Positions 34,727 through 44,700 of a stretch of DNA of 55,421 nt are shown one piece after another. Under the pieces are notes generated by a model. That model was given only the letters and a program-made list of their open reading frames with translations, was not told where the DNA came from and did no database searches. Made by a program: the position numbers and the translations under genes. Within the stretch, counting starts at the first letter, position 1. Each line of letters starts with the position of its first letter. Origin of the DNA: a virus (Duplodnaviria > Caudoviricetes); IMG/VR virus record IMGVR_UViG_3300044729_001120, positions 1-55,421 of that record; one strand, written 5' to 3'.

Positions 34727-36179
34727 ATATCAGCTGTCCGGCGTGGGTAGGCTGCGCGACTCTATTAGACAGCACAAGCGGTCAATACTCGTTGCACCAA
34801 CCGGCGCCGGCAAAACCCGCATGGCGATCAGGATCATGCAGGGCGCTGTGGAGCAGGGTAACCGCTGTTGGTTCGTCGTTCACAGGCGCGAGCTGTGCAC
34901 TCAGACAAGCAAGGCGCTGTGGGACGCAAAGCTGGCGCACGGCATGATCATGTCTGGCAAGGGCAGATCCCCTCAGCTGGCGCAGATAGCTACGGTCATC
35001 ACTGCAGCCAATCGGATCAATTCAATGCCTGTCGATCAGAGGCCAAAGGTTATTATATTCGATGAGTGCCATCGCTCAGTCAGCGAATCTTACAAGCGAA
35101 TAGCGAATGCGTGTCAAGGAGCTTACATCATAGGATTGACTGCCACGCCTGAACGCACTGACGGACGAGGCTTACGTGAGCTCTATTCTGATATGGTCCA
35201 AGTGCAGGACATGGGCTGGCTGATAAAAGAGGGGTTCCTTTCGCCGTATCGATTGATTGCCCCGGTAGAGGGCCCAGACCTGAGCTCTATCAAAACCAAG
35301 GCTGGTGACTACGATACCCGCGAAACTGAGGCGGTTATGGATCGACCGACGATCACAGGTGATGCGATCCGCGCCTATCGTCAATACGCTGACGGCAAGC
35401 GTTGCATGGTGTTCTGTGTTTCCATTGCGCACTCTGAGCACACATGCGCTCAGTACAACGCTGCCGGCATCCCAGCAGAGCACATCGACGGTACATACAC
35501 AGACAAAGAGCGGGAGGGTGCACTGGAACGGTTCCGCGCAGGCCAGACGCTTGTGCTTTGCACTGTACAGCTTGCCATTGAGGGGCTCGATATCCCGGCG
35601 GTTGAGGCAGTCCAGCAACTGCGCCCCACTCAGTCCGTGATCGTGTACCTACAGCTCATCGGGCGCGGCCTGCGGGTCGAGGATAATAAGCGCGAGCTGG
35701 TAATCTTAGATCAAGTAAATAACTGGAAGCGACACGGCTTGCCTGACGATGTGCGAGAATGGTCACTCGACGGTAGGAAAAAAAGAAAGAGATCATCGCA
35801 AGATGATGAGCCAGAGCTGCAGATACAACAGTGCAAGGAATGCTTTCACATTTTTAGAAAAGGCGTTTCAGAGTGCCCACACTGTGGCGCAGAGATTGAG
35901 GTTACAGGTCGAAAAATTCAACAGGTTGATGGGCAACTGGCCGAAGTCGATCTCGATGCAGTAAGACGCGAACGAGGAAGAGAGCAGGCTAAGGCTCGAG
36001 GGCTTGTAGACTTAGTTTCGGTTGGCGTTTCTCGTGGAATGAAGAACCCGGCTGCTTGGGCAGCGTTTGTAAATGCAAGCCGAGAAGGTCGCAAACCAAC
36101 ACCCTCCGAGTTCAAGATGGCAGGCGTAATCTATGAAAGAATCACAAATTCAAGTGCGAATACTGCTGGCTCTTTCTGA
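34710..36179 (+). CDS. Superfamily II DExH helicase with C-terminal Zn ribbon
   Basis: LREYQ, PTGAGKT, DECH, LTATP, EGLDIP, QLIGRGLR, CKEC...CPHC. Confidence 0.92.
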   Translation: MISLREYQLSGVGRLRDSIRQHKRSILVAPTGAGKTRMAIRIMQGAVEQGNRCWFVVHRRELCTQTSKALWDAKLAHGMIMSGKGRSPQLAQIATVITAANRINSMPVDQRPKVIIFDECHRSVSESYKRIANACQGAYIIGLTATPERTDGRGLRELYSDMVQVQDMGWLIKEGFLSPYRLIAPVEGPDLSSIKTKAGDYDTRETEAVMDRPTITGDAIRAYRQYADGKRCMVFCVSIAHSEHTCAQYNAAGIPAEHIDGTYTDKEREGALERFRAGQTLVLCTVQLAIEGLDIPAVEAVQQLRPTQSVIVYLQLIGRGLRVEDNKRELVILDQVNNWKRHGLPDDVREWSLDGRKKRKRSSQDDEPELQIQQCKECFHIFRKGVSECPHCGAEIEVTGRKIQQVDGQLAEVDLDAVRRERGREQAKARGLVDLVSVGVSRGMKNPAAWAAFVNASREGRKPTPSEFKMAGVIYERITNSSANTAGSF

Positions 36180-36477
36180 GGCCGGCTGTACAGTGTGGCG
36201 ATGCGAAACAGCGGGCGCGTGGGTTGGCCGAGTCGTGCACCAGATCAGCAAGACTGTTACGATTGCAGAGGCTCGCATGATTCACGCGGGTCTCACGAAG
36301 GGCGGTTCTGACATCATCGGGATCGCACCAGACGGCAGATTTCTGGCCGTTGAGGTGAAGACTACCACTGGTCGCATACGACCTGAGCAGCAGCGATTTA
36401 TTAATGCGGTGATTGCTGCAGGCGGTGTCGCTGGTGTTGCAAGATCGGTAGAAGATGCTTTAAAGTTGATTCAATAA
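36133..36477 (+). CDS. VRR-NUC domain nuclease
   Basis: ESQIQ..I, GGSDIIG, AVEVK, EQ..FI. Confidence 0.88.
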   Translation: MKESQIQVRILLALSEAGCTVWRCETAGAWVGRVVHQISKTVTIAEARMIHAGLTKGGSDIIGIAPDGRFLAVEVKTTTGRIRPEQQRFINAVIAAGGVAGVARSVEDALKLIQ

Positions 36478-36511
36478 CAAGCGACTGGGCTGCGGCCCTA
36501 AACCCTAAGAG

Positions 36512-36745
36512 GTGAGTATGAATGAGCCCTGCCGTCATGAACGGTGGCAATATTGCCGCCGTAAGTTCTCAAACGGAACACTGCACTTTGGCGTTCAATG
36601 TCTAGATTGTCTCAATGTCATTAAGCTAGAAAAACACAGCCAAAAGCTGTGGCTCAAGCCTGAAGACATTCCCGTTCACGCACCCATTCACGCATGGATT
36701 GATCCTGACTTAAGTTCAGACCAGAGAGGTCTGTTCGATGAGTAA
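36512..36745 (+). CDS. Small Cys/His hypothetical protein
   Basis: CRH...H...QCLDC; GAGGTG RBS. Confidence 0.6.
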   Translation: MSMNEPCRHERWQYCRRKFSNGTLHFGVQCLDCLNVIKLEKHSQKLWLKPEDIPVHAPIHAWIDPDLSSDQRGLFDE

Positions 36746-39065
36746 GCCAATCAGTTGGTACGCCCGCCGCTACACCGAACGCTTCGGCATGCATCTTGTG
36801 CCCATCGAGCCGGGTAGAAAATTCCCAAGATCTGCAGACTGGGGTAACAACACGATCAGCGACCCAGTAGAGGCCGAGAAGTTCTGGGAGCAGAGGCCGG
36901 ACTGGAACATGGGCGTGGCGCTCGGACCTTCCCGCATGTGCTCGCTTGATATCGATTGCGACGTCTCCTTTTCGCATATCTGTGCAGAGTATGGGATAGA
37001 TCAGAGCACCCTTGATGCGTATCCAATTATCCAAGGCCGAAGCAAGGGGCGGCGCGTCATGTTTCGTGTGCCTGCAGAGATTATGCTCGGCTATCACAAG
37101 CTAGACTGGCCGTCACGCAATGACCCAACGGGCGACAAGCACAAGGCAGCCATGTCCGCTGCTGCTGCCGCAAAGGCCAGTGGTGACTCAGCCCGAGAGG
37201 CGCGCATACGACTGGTTGCCCAACGCTGGGCTCGCTACACAGTGTTCGAGCTGCGCTCATCGTGCGACGGTAAGCAACGTCAAGACGTGCTGCCGCCATC
37301 AATTCATCCAGACACCGTTCAGCCCTATCGGTGGCTTATTCAGCCTGTTGATGACTGGCCTGAGCCTCCTCAGTGGCTCCTCGCAATGTGGAAGGACTGG
37401 GAGCGGTTCAAGCCGCAGGTCAAAGGCATGTGTCCGTGGTTACCAGAGGACAAAAAGCCAGAGGTCTCACTGCACAAAAGGTCCAACACATCCGGCACCG
37501 TGCGCGGTAGTGTAATCGACGCTTTCACTGATGCGCACGACCTGATCACCCTGCTTGAGCAGTACGGATACCAGCGCAAGGGATCGCGTCGTTACCTGTC
37601 GCCACACAGCGGTACCGGGTTGCCCGGCGTTATTATATTCCCAAGTGGTGACTCATGCTGGATACACCACAGCAGCGACCCCCTGTGCTCAGAGGAGTCT
37701 GGCAAGCCCGTCAACGCATTCGATCTGTACTGCTATTACGAGCACGGCGCAGATATGAAGCGAGCCGTGAAGGCAGCTGCCGTCCTGCTGGGCATGGAGA
37801 GTACGCCGGCACAGACGCAGCGCAACCCAGCCCAGACGCAGCGCGCGCTAGACGACACCAGCGTCACTGAGCAGACCCGCGAGAGCGATCACCTGAGCCC
37901 CTTGCTGTGGACTGACGACAAGCTGAGGCCGCTGCGGCACATAGACAACCTGCGTGAGATCTGCCACCGGCTCGGCGTCGTGATCCGCTACAACGTGATT
38001 AAGAAGTCCGAGGAGATCATCATCCCCGGCGAGTCATACACGATGGACAACGAGGCCAACGCATCGCTCGCGTGGCTGACAAGTGAGTGCAGCCTGTTCA
38101 AGTTCCCAGTGGATCACATGGGCGACTTCATCACCTACCTTGCCGACGAGACGCAGTTCAACCCGGTGGTGTCGTGGATAGGTTCGCAGGCGTGGGATGG
38201 CAAACCGCGTCTACAGGCTCTGTGCGACACGATCACCGCTAAGGGCGACAACGCCATGAAGGACACGCTGATCAGGCGCTGGATGGTGGCTGCGGTGGCT
38301 GCTGCGTTCATGCCGAACGGGATATCGGCGCCGGGCGTTCTGACGCTGCAGGGCGCTCAGTACCTCGGCAAAACCAAGTGGTTCAAGACACTGGTGCCAT
38401 CAGAGATGGATCTGATTCAGGAGGGTATGATCCTCAAGCCCGACGACAAGGACTCGGTGAAGCAGTGCACATCCTATTGGCTTGTGGAGCTCGGTGAGCT
38501 GGACAGCACCTTCCGCAAGTCCGACATCGCACAGCTCAAGGCTTTCATCACAAAGCAGGTAGACGTGCTGAGGCTCGCATACGCACGGCGTGAGTCCCGC
38601 TTCCCACGGCGCACTATGTTCTTCGGCTCGGTCAACCCCCGCGAGTTCCTGCACGACGCCACCGGCAACCGCCGCTTCTGGACCATCGAGTGCCAGCACA
38701 TCAACCACGACCACGGTCTGAACATGCAGCAGGTCTGGGCAGAGGTTCACACACTGTGGCAGTCAGGTGAGAGCTACTACCTCAGCGCAGACGAGATGGA
38801 CGCACTGAACGCCCACAACAGCGACTTCATGGGCGTAGATCCGATTGAGGAGCGGGTGCTGGACGAGCTGGACTGGAGTGCTCCAACAACCGTGTGGCGA
38901 TGGGCACAGGCATCAACCGTGCTCATAGAGTGTGGTATCGACAGGCCAACCAAGGCAGACACTATGACCGCCAGCACGCTCATCAGAGCCAAGAACGGTG
39001 ATCAATCCCGCCGTGGCAACGGTCAGCGCCTTGTGCTGTGTCCCCCAAAGGCTTACCGCAAGTGA
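36738..39065 (+). CDS. Bifunctional primase/polymerase (Prim-Pol) fused to a VapE/virulence-associated-E-like P-loop helicase
   Basis: NMGVALG...LDID, VLPPSIHPDT..PY.W; Walker A GAQYLGKT, LVELGEL, KAFIT...R.AY, D.TGNRRFW. Confidence 0.85.
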   Translation: MSKPISWYARRYTERFGMHLVPIEPGRKFPRSADWGNNTISDPVEAEKFWEQRPDWNMGVALGPSRMCSLDIDCDVSFSHICAEYGIDQSTLDAYPIIQGRSKGRRVMFRVPAEIMLGYHKLDWPSRNDPTGDKHKAAMSAAAAAKASGDSAREARIRLVAQRWARYTVFELRSSCDGKQRQDVLPPSIHPDTVQPYRWLIQPVDDWPEPPQWLLAMWKDWERFKPQVKGMCPWLPEDKKPEVSLHKRSNTSGTVRGSVIDAFTDAHDLITLLEQYGYQRKGSRRYLSPHSGTGLPGVIIFPSGDSCWIHHSSDPLCSEESGKPVNAFDLYCYYEHGADMKRAVKAAAVLLGMESTPAQTQRNPAQTQRALDDTSVTEQTRESDHLSPLLWTDDKLRPLRHIDNLREICHRLGVVIRYNVIKKSEEIIIPGESYTMDNEANASLAWLTSECSLFKFPVDHMGDFITYLADETQFNPVVSWIGSQAWDGKPRLQALCDTITAKGDNAMKDTLIRRWMVAAVAAAFMPNGISAPGVLTLQGAQYLGKTKWFKTLVPSEMDLIQEGMILKPDDKDSVKQCTSYWLVELGELDSTFRKSDIAQLKAFITKQVDVLRLAYARRESRFPRRTMFFGSVNPREFLHDATGNRRFWTIECQHINHDHGLNMQQVWAEVHTLWQSGESYYLSADEMDALNAHNSDFMGVDPIEERVLDELDWSAPTTVWRWAQASTVLIECGIDRPTKADTMTASTLIRAKNGDQSRRGNGQRLVLCPPKAYRK

Positions 39066-39244
39066 CAGGCAAGAGACCGCGCCAATACGCGCAGGCTTAT
39101 CTCAAGGCTACGGGCAGGGACGCCCAGAGAGCCGCCCTCAAGGGTTGCCCGCCGCAGTGGCAGGATCTGGTGCGGCTGCACATCAAGATTGCGAGACAGA
39201 GAGAGCAAAAATCCTGCCCTTTCATCGCGACGCCTAAAACATAG
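39062..39244 (+). CDS. Hypothetical protein
   Basis: GTG overlapping the primase stop; PRQYAQAYL...LKGCPPQWQDLVRLH. Confidence 0.55.
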   Translation: MTGKRPRQYAQAYLKATGRDAQRAALKGCPPQWQDLVRLHIKIARQREQKSCPFIATPKT

Positions 39245-39299
39245 CTTGCCCTTTCATCGTGCGGGCTCTTGGAAGAAAGGGCAGAAAACATCCCACTAG

Positions 39300-39564
39300 G
39301 TGGCACTGAGTGGCACTGTGGTGGCACTGTGGTGGCACTGTCTTAAATACCTGTTATATATGACCTTTTGTTAATATAGTGCCACTAGTGCCACCTTTTT
39401 AGGTAAACACTTGGTACTTGATAATGGGTAGTGAACGGCAGATATTATATTGCCGTTAGGCTGACTTGAGGGGGGGTCTATATAGAAACAGCGGCACTAG
39501 GTGGCACTGGTGGCACTGTTTTGGTCATATTAACAACAATATCAACAACATAGCACAGTGCCAC
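39300..39564. repeat. Iteron array (GTGGCACT) - putative replication origin
   Basis: Direct copies at 39300, 39310, 39321, 39332, 39501, 39510 (variant 39491); inverted copies at 39378, 39387, 39557; AT-rich spacers; just downstream of primase-helicase. Confidence 0.75.
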
Positions 39565-39824
39565 CTGCTCATAGACCAGTGAATGCGAGCCAACAGAACC
39601 AAAAAAACTAAACAACCATAAAAACGTCCAAATTTAACCCATAAATAAAACATATAATGCTTTGACCATACTATTGATTTGGTGAATGTAAATATATGGA
39701 CACACACTATGGCAATCTGGACATAGGGAATAGAGAAACTGGGAATAGCCCCCTCGGCCAGTCCCAAAGGCCGAAAAACCGAGGAATTTCCCCCGACCAA
39801 CCGCCATGACCGGGTCGCTCCGAC

Positions 39825-39867
39825 TTGATCCCGGCTGGTCCCGCTTGGTCCCGGCTTAGTCCCAGCT
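39825..39867 (+). repeat. Four degenerate ~10-11 bp tandem repeats (T(G/A)GTCCC.GCT-like)
   Basis: ttgatcccggc tggtcccgct tggtcccggct tagtcccagct. Confidence 0.6.
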
Positions 39868-39934
39868 GGACGTTTTCGGCACCCCAAAACACAAGATGTA
39901 GTGTTTCGCGTGTTCCGATGCGCGCTGAAATAGC

Positions 39935-39947
39935 TAAGTCGTTGATT
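39935..39947. promoter_or_regulatory. IHF-binding consensus site
   Basis: TAAGTCGTTGATT matches YAANNNNTTGATW exactly. Confidence 0.5.
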
Positions 39948-39958
39948 TCATTGACATC

Positions 39959-39992
39959 GCTATTTCCGGTAATTAGTATTACCGGAAATAGC
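39959..39992. repeat. Perfect 15-bp inverted repeat containing a dif-like 11-6-11 core
   Basis: GCTATTTCCGGTAAT-tagt-ATTACCGGAAATAGC. Confidence 0.85.
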
Positions 39993-40244
39993 AAAGGCGA
40001 GCGAGAAGCATTCTCATTTGCAAGGTACCCTAGCGCCGATTCGTTTGGCGGGCTGGCCGGGATCGAGCCGCGCACCCGCCGCAGCGGCCACGTGCGCGAC
40101 CCCGCCGCTTTAGCTGGCTTTCGCACAGTAAATCTCACGGCCAAAAGTGTTTTCGCTCTCTCCCCCTGATTGCGATATGGTTAAATACCCCCCCATGTGA
40201 TGTGGAATTGATTGGCTCAAAAATTTTTTGCAAATTTTTAAAAG

Positions 40245-41729
40245 GTGGCGTTTATGCACATGGATCCCAAGGAAGTTGAGGCGCAGCGGTTGAGGCTGGA
40301 GTTGAGGCTGGCGTTGTTGGATCGTCGGGAGAGGAGCAAGGCTAGTTTTCTGGACTTTGCGCGGTACGCTTGGCCGGAGGCTATTTTCTCGGCGCATCAC
40401 AGCAAGATGGCGGATGCGTTTGATCGGATCATCAGTGGTGATCTCAAGCGGCTGGTTATCAACATGCCGCCGCGTCACACGAAGAGTGAGTTTGGCTCGT
40501 ACTTGTTGCCGGCGTATGCGATGGGTCGAAAGCCGGACTTGAAGATAATTCAGGCAACGCACACGGGCGAGCTTGCGGTTCGCTTTGGTCGCAAGGTGCG
40601 TAACCTGATGGACACGCAGAACTACAAGGATCTGTTTGAGGGGGTTGAGCTGCAGGCTGACAGTAAGGCGGCGGGGCGGTGGGAGACGAGCAAGGGTGGT
40701 GAATACTTTGCGGTGGGTGTTGGTGGTGCGATGACGGGACGGGGCGCTGACCTGTTGATCATCGATGACCCTCACAGCGAGCAGGACGCGATGTCGTCGC
40801 TGGCGCTTGATAATGCGTGGGAGTGGTACAGTGCGGGTCCTCGCTCGCGGTTGCAGCCGGGCGGGGCGGTTGTTGTGATCATGACGCGCTGGGGGACGAA
40901 GGATCTGACTGCTCGGCTGATCAAGAGTCAGAACTCGTTTGGCTCGGACAAGTGGGAGGTGATTGAGTTCCCGGCGATCTTTGATGAGGGTACGCCCAAG
41001 GAGCGTCCGCTGTGGCCGTCGTTTTGGAAGCTTGAGGAGCTGCAGGCGGTGCGAGCTCAGCTTGGGGTGCAGCGCTGGAACGCGATGTACCAGCAGCGTC
41101 CGACGGCGGATGAGGGTGCGATTCTCAAGCGTGAGTGGTGGCGGACGTGGGAGCGTGATCAGTTGCCGTCGGTTGAGTACATTATCCAGTCGTATGACAC
41201 GGCGTATTCCAAGAAGGAGACGGCGGACTACTCGGTGATCACGACGTGGGGGGTGTTTTACCCGACGGAGGATGCGGGTCCGAATTTAATTCTGATGGAC
41301 ATGCGCAAGGGTCGCTGGGACTTTCCTGACCTAAAACGCATTGCGAAGGATCTGTACACGTACTGGCAGCCGGACAACGTCCTCATTGAGGCGAAGGCGA
41401 CGGGCACGACGCTGCAGCAGGAACTACGGCGCATGGGGATTCCGGTAACGATGTACAGCCCGGGTGGTCGCCGTGCTGGTCACGACAAGGTGTCGCGCGC
41501 GAATGCAGTCGCGCCGATGTTCGAGTCGGGCATGATCTGGGCAACCGAGGATCACTGGGCTCAGGAGGTGATCGAGGAGTGTGCTGCCTTCCCGAACGGG
41601 GACAATGATGATATCGTTGACAGCACGACGCAGGCTCTGCTGAGGTTTCGCGCTGGGAACTTTATTTCGTTGCAGTCGGACGAAGAAGACGAGAGCAGTG
41701 ACGAATCGCTTGTGCCGGAGTATTATTGA
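40245..41729 (+). CDS. terL: Terminase large subunit
   Basis: INMPPRHTKS (Walker A variant), GRGADLLIIDDP, MTRW, YQQ.P, SYDTA...DYS, IEAKATG, FPNG..DD.VD. Confidence 0.95.
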   Translation: MAFMHMDPKEVEAQRLRLELRLALLDRRERSKASFLDFARYAWPEAIFSAHHSKMADAFDRIISGDLKRLVINMPPRHTKSEFGSYLLPAYAMGRKPDLKIIQATHTGELAVRFGRKVRNLMDTQNYKDLFEGVELQADSKAAGRWETSKGGEYFAVGVGGAMTGRGADLLIIDDPHSEQDAMSSLALDNAWEWYSAGPRSRLQPGGAVVVIMTRWGTKDLTARLIKSQNSFGSDKWEVIEFPAIFDEGTPKERPLWPSFWKLEELQAVRAQLGVQRWNAMYQQRPTADEGAILKREWWRTWERDQLPSVEYIIQSYDTAYSKKETADYSVITTWGVFYPTEDAGPNLILMDMRKGRWDFPDLKRIAKDLYTYWQPDNVLIEAKATGTTLQQELRRMGIPVTMYSPGGRRAGHDKVSRANAVAPMFESGMIWATEDHWAQEVIEECAAFPNGDNDDIVDSTTQALLRFRAGNFISLQSDEEDESSDESLVPEYY

Positions 41730-41766
41730 GTTAAAATATCGTAAATTTTGCTAAGGCGGTGCCGAC

Positions 41767-44700
41767 ATGCCCAATTTAACTGCGCGAGAGATGTTGTTAC
41801 GGCTTCCGATGCGGATGGCGGAGGGTGGAGCGGTGGACACGGCTCCGGGAGTGTCGGCGGCGTATCGCAGAGCGATGCAGGTCGGCGGTCAGCAGACGGT
41901 TGACGACTACTACGCCAATCTTCGTGCTGATGCAAAGGCGTACCTTGCCAATCCCAACGCGCCGACTGGCGCTGAGGCGTACAACGTGCTGCTGCAGTCT
42001 GGCATCAGCACCTCTGACCTGATCAATGCGGGCGTGGATCAGGCGGTGCTGGACAAGATCTTTGCGGTCAAGATGCCGATTATCCCGCAGTCGCAGTTTG
42101 TGACGCCAACTGGCATGACCTCGGCGTATGAGCGCAGTCCCGATCTGGCGTTTGAGTCGCAGCGCTTAACCGCGCAGGGGCAGGATGGCCGGGCGATACT
42201 AGACAAGCAAGGCCGTGACTACATTGCGAACCTGCAGCAGGGCGGCATTGATGCGGCTGAACGTGCGCAGATGCTGGAGTACGCTACTGAGCGCGGGTAC
42301 TCGTTTGATGACCTGATGAAGGCCGGCGTGGATCCCAATGTGCTTTTCACCCGTCCGCAGGCTGCTCCGCCACCGCCCCCGTTCCCCGATCCCGTGCCGT
42401 ACACGCCGATAACGGTGTACCAGCCGCTGCCGACGCAGCCCGACATCTTTGCTGCTGGGCAGCCTGCTCTGGACACGACGTTCAGGGAGAGCTCTCCGCG
42501 CACCGCGATCCCCGGCATGCCGGGCCAGTTCGACTACAGCCCAGCGGCGAAGTTAAGACCCGCAACAGGCGCAGGCTTTACCTTCACGCCGCCAAGCGTG
42601 ACCTCTCGTCCGCGCTCGTTACTAAGCCCGAGGGAGATCCAAGCCTACGGCGGGCTGACGTCGGCCTCGCAGCGTTTTGCGCAGAACCGACAGCTGTTGG
42701 ACAACAACCTGCGCAGGCTGGCGCAATCAACACCCGCGCTTAAAGACCTTAAAACCTACAATCAGCTGCGCAACATGATGATGTCGAGTTATTTTGCTGC
42801 TGACCCCAACACGTTATCAGATCCCCTCTTGGCGTTTGACCCCAAGACGGTTGAGGGGCAGAACCTTCAAAAGTACCTTGCTGGTTTGCCTGCGCCCAGC
42901 ACGCAAAAGCCTGATCCCATAGTTGTCACTGACGGCATGACCGGCAAGGACGTTGAGATTGACGCGCCTGTGTACGGTGGCTTTTTGCCCTTTGCCAAGG
43001 GCGGCTACGTAAAAAAGTCTGATGGGTCGGCAAGGGATGGGCTGGCTCGCTTTCAGGAAGGCGGTGAGGTTAGTGGTCGCAGGCCGCTGAGTCCGAATGA
43101 TCCGTTGTACATCAGGCAAGATGCGCCTGTTAATCTAGATGAGCTACGGCGCCGGCAGCTGGGGGATGTTGCCCCCGCAGCCGATGCGCAGTTGCCGCTA
43201 GACGAACTGCTGCGTCGTCAGCTGGAGGGTATCGACAACACGCCGTCAACGGCGCGAACTGCAGGATCGCAGCAGAGCGAAAGCCGCAATATGCTGCAGA
43301 ACATTGTCGCTGGCGCTAAGCAGATCCCCGGCACTGTCTTTGACTACGGCAGGGGCATTGCGCAGAGCGAAAATCCCTTGGCACAGATTCGCTCTGATGT
43401 TGGTGCGATGGGCGGGGCGATGATAGAGGGCGCCAAGCAAGACCCATTGGGCTTTGCTTTGGACATGACGCCAATTATCGGTGAAATACGATCTGGCATG
43501 GACGCAAAGAAATACTCGGACATGGCGAATGAGGCTGACAGGGCTGGAGATTATGAACTTGCTGACAGCTACCGGCAGGTTTCCACGATGGCAGCGGCAG
43601 GAGCAGTTCCCTTTGGCGGCATCGGCGCTCGCGGCGCGCGACGCGCGGCAATGAGTGATATGGCTGATGTGCCGCCAGACAGCGCCAGAGGGATGCTGGA
43701 CGCGCTAACGCCTGAAGCTGGCGTTGACGCCCCAAGAACACCCGGCGAAGACGTTGACGCCTTGACTGCACTGGACCAGCCGCCGGCAGGCAGTGCTGCG
43801 GCGATGTTGGATGAGGTGGATGCTGCGGCCCCAAGCGCCAGATTGAGTAGAGATGAGCTTGGCAGGATAAATGCCAGCGTTGGCTCTAATAGAATTAAAC
43901 AGCGGGCCATGAAAGAAGAGACTCGAAGAATTAAAAATAACTTTCTCCCTGATGATGGCTGGGAAAGGATTAATTTTTCAGGCGTTAAAGAAAACAAGCC
44001 GGATTTTAAAAAAATAGCCTATGGGTTTCAAAAGCCTCCAGAGGGGCTTGATAAGGGAGAGTGGGCAAATCGTCTTTCTGACAACTTAGTTTCAGAGGTA
44101 GACGGGGTAGTGCAGCGCGCACGATCAGGAGATCAGGCAGCAATTGATATACTGCGGCAGGCTAATTGGTATCGTGGAATGCGAGACCAGCTGCGCTCCG
44201 AGTTTGGAGGCATTGGTGACGTTTTTGCAGACGTACTTGGCACAACGAGCGCTCAGACAAATGTAGAGCAAAATTTCCGTAACGCCACTGAAATATTGCG
44301 CAGATATAGCCGGGGAGAGTTTGACACTGAGCTGCAAGCTTATGAAAACAGAATAAAACAAGGCATCCCTGTGGATGGAAAAACTTTAACTGCGTTGCAC
44401 AAAGCAGGAGAATTTCCGTTAATTACCAACTCCGCTGGGAAACTATTTAACACAAACAGCCCGTCCTCAATGGGGGCGCTGCTGGACATGTTCCGATCAG
44501 TAAAGACTGGTAGCGCGCCAAAAACACCAAACTTTACCGGCAACCTTATTGGCCTTACCAATGAAGCAACAGTAGATGTTTGGGCAGCACGAATGCTGCG
44601 CAGGCTTTCGGGACAGTCGCGCATACCGCCTGTGGCTGAACAAGGGGTCACCGGAACTCACTTGGTTGGATCCAGTCTTGGGAATCCAAGGGTTGGTGGC

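Noticed and set aside
39300-39564. CRISPR array
   Set aside because: The repeats are 8 bp, in both orientations, with no regular unique spacers and no cas genes.
39525-40169. ORFs 39525..39887(-), 39707..40144(-) and 39825..40169(+)
   Set aside because: No RBS, non-protein-like composition, and they overlap repeats and palindromes; the region looks non-coding.
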